Below are positions 63,262 through 64,000 of a stretch of 64,000 bases of DNA, in pieces. The DNA is from Candidatus Poseidoniales archaeon. GTDB taxonomy: Archaea; Thermoplasmatota; Poseidoniia; Poseidoniales; Poseidoniaceae. Below the pieces are notes generated by a model that was given only the letters and a program-made list of their open reading frames with translations, made no database searches and was not told where the DNA came from. Every line of letters begins with the position of its first letter. The first letter of the stretch is position 1. Position numbers and translations under genes: made by a program. The DNA lies in NCBI GenBank assembly GCA_038106355.1, contig JAYODQ010000003.1:2534-66533 (forward strand), in the 5' to 3' direction.

Positions 63262-64000
63262 ATGATTGTGTCTGATGAAGATGTTGCCGTGAGCGATGCT
63301 CAGGAAGAAGAGGTCATCGACGAAGTTGACCTCGAAGAGCCTGAGTCATCAGCCAGTGAAGTACCTGTGACCATCTGGTCCCCAGACAATCAATCTGAAG
63401 GCGATGAAGTGCTTACTCAAAGTGTCGAAGATTGGATTGAGGAAGTCAATTTTGAATCCACAGCTGATGTTCCAATTCCTGAGCGACTTGTCGACCAAGT
63501 CATTGGCCAAGAGGCCGGTTCAGTGGTGATCAAGAAAGCTGCAGAGCAACGCCGACATATGTTGATGATCGGCGACCCAGGAACGGGCAAATCCATGCTC
63601 GCTCGTTCAATGACCGATTTGCTTCCAAGGGACGCCATGGAAGACGTACTCGTCTATCCCAATGAGGATGATGAAAACGAACCCCGAGTTCGAACTGTTC
63701 CAGCAGGACGTGGTGACCGAATCGTCAAAATCCAAAAAGAAGCCATTCGCATGCAGCGAGAAAAATCCCAAAAAGTTCTCCTCGTTGCCTTTGCTGCAAT
63801 CGGATTTTTACTCCTCATCGCTGCGCTTCAAAGCGGGGATTTCTTCACCCTCCTGTTTGGAGGATTCCTCCTTGCCTTTGGATACATGTTCATACGTAGC
63901 CGACTTGGTGCTGCTGATGAAAGTCGAATACCTAAGGTCCTTGTCAAACACGACCCCAACGATTTACCACCGTTTGTCGATGCAACGGCAACATTGTCAG
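63262..64000 (+). CDS. lon: Archaeal membrane-bound Lon protease (LonB), 3' end cut by the window edge.
   Basis: Translated by hand from ATG 63262. It contains ...IPERLVDQVIGQEAGSVVIKKAAEQRRHMLMIGDPGTGKSMLARSM (Walker A), followed by a hydrophobic insertion VLLVAFAAIGFLLLIAALQSGDFFTLLFGGFLLAFGYMF, as in LonB. The frame is open to the window end. Confidence 0.85.
   Translation, partial: MIVSDEDVAVSDAQEEEVIDEVDLEEPESSASEVPVTIWSPDNQSEGDEVLTQSVEDWIEEVNFESTADVPIPERLVDQVIGQEAGSVVIKKAAEQRRHMLMIGDPGTGKSMLARSMTDLLPRDAMEDVLVYPNEDDENEPRVRTVPAGRGDRIVKIQKEAIRMQREKSQKVLLVAFAAIGFLLLIAALQSGDFFTLLFGGFLLAFGYMFIRSRLGAADESRIPKVLVKHDPNDLPPFVDATATLS

Noticed and set aside
1-64000. Search for CRISPR arrays, rRNA, inteins in rfcS/polB/lon, and long nucleotide-level repeats.
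   Set aside because: None seen. RFC (318 aa) and DP1 (535 aa) are of normal intein-free length. No spaced direct-repeat arrays were noticed by eye. An exhaustive repeat search was not possible without tools.

Overview
This 64 kb window is an archaeal chromosomal segment. The markers are PolD small subunit, RFC small subunit, Pelota, GatD, archaeal-type AspRS, TrmI, membrane LonB, and an intron-containing tRNA. Assigning it to a marine planktonic euryarchaeon (Marine Group II/Poseidoniales-like) is inference from gene content only. I call about 43 protein genes and 2 tRNAs, and found no rRNA, CRISPR array, transposase or integrase. About 46% of the window encodes six very large secreted proteins with C-terminal membrane anchors (2-8221, 18516-21239, 26724-35909, 35931-38555, 55577-58822, 59700-63200) plus one lipoprotein-like protein. 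These are interleaved with housekeeping genes: HAD phosphatase, CinA/PncC, fhs, a flotillin-NfeD operon, AroE-like, PccB, PanB. The items most worth a second look are listed here. (1) The first giant ORF runs without a stop from its C-terminal TM anchor into a near-canonical archaeal class III (type IV pilin) signal helix and pilin-like domain (7549-8221). (2) A translationally coupled LigB-type extradiol dioxygenase pair has a degenerate AmnA-like subunit fused to a RidA/YjgF deaminase-family domain (40320-42637). It sits next to an APC permease carrying a C-terminal EF-hand pair, and 5 kb from a hydroxy/aminomuconic-semialdehyde-dehydrogenase-like ALDH inside a tightly packed seven-gene minus-strand cluster (47188-53908). 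(3) The giant proteins carry diverse small cytoplasmic tail modules: Trp-rich DUF2510/WW-like motifs, a CxxC...CxxC zinc ribbon, and Pro-rich linkers. All functional calls come from motif recognition by eye; no database search was run.
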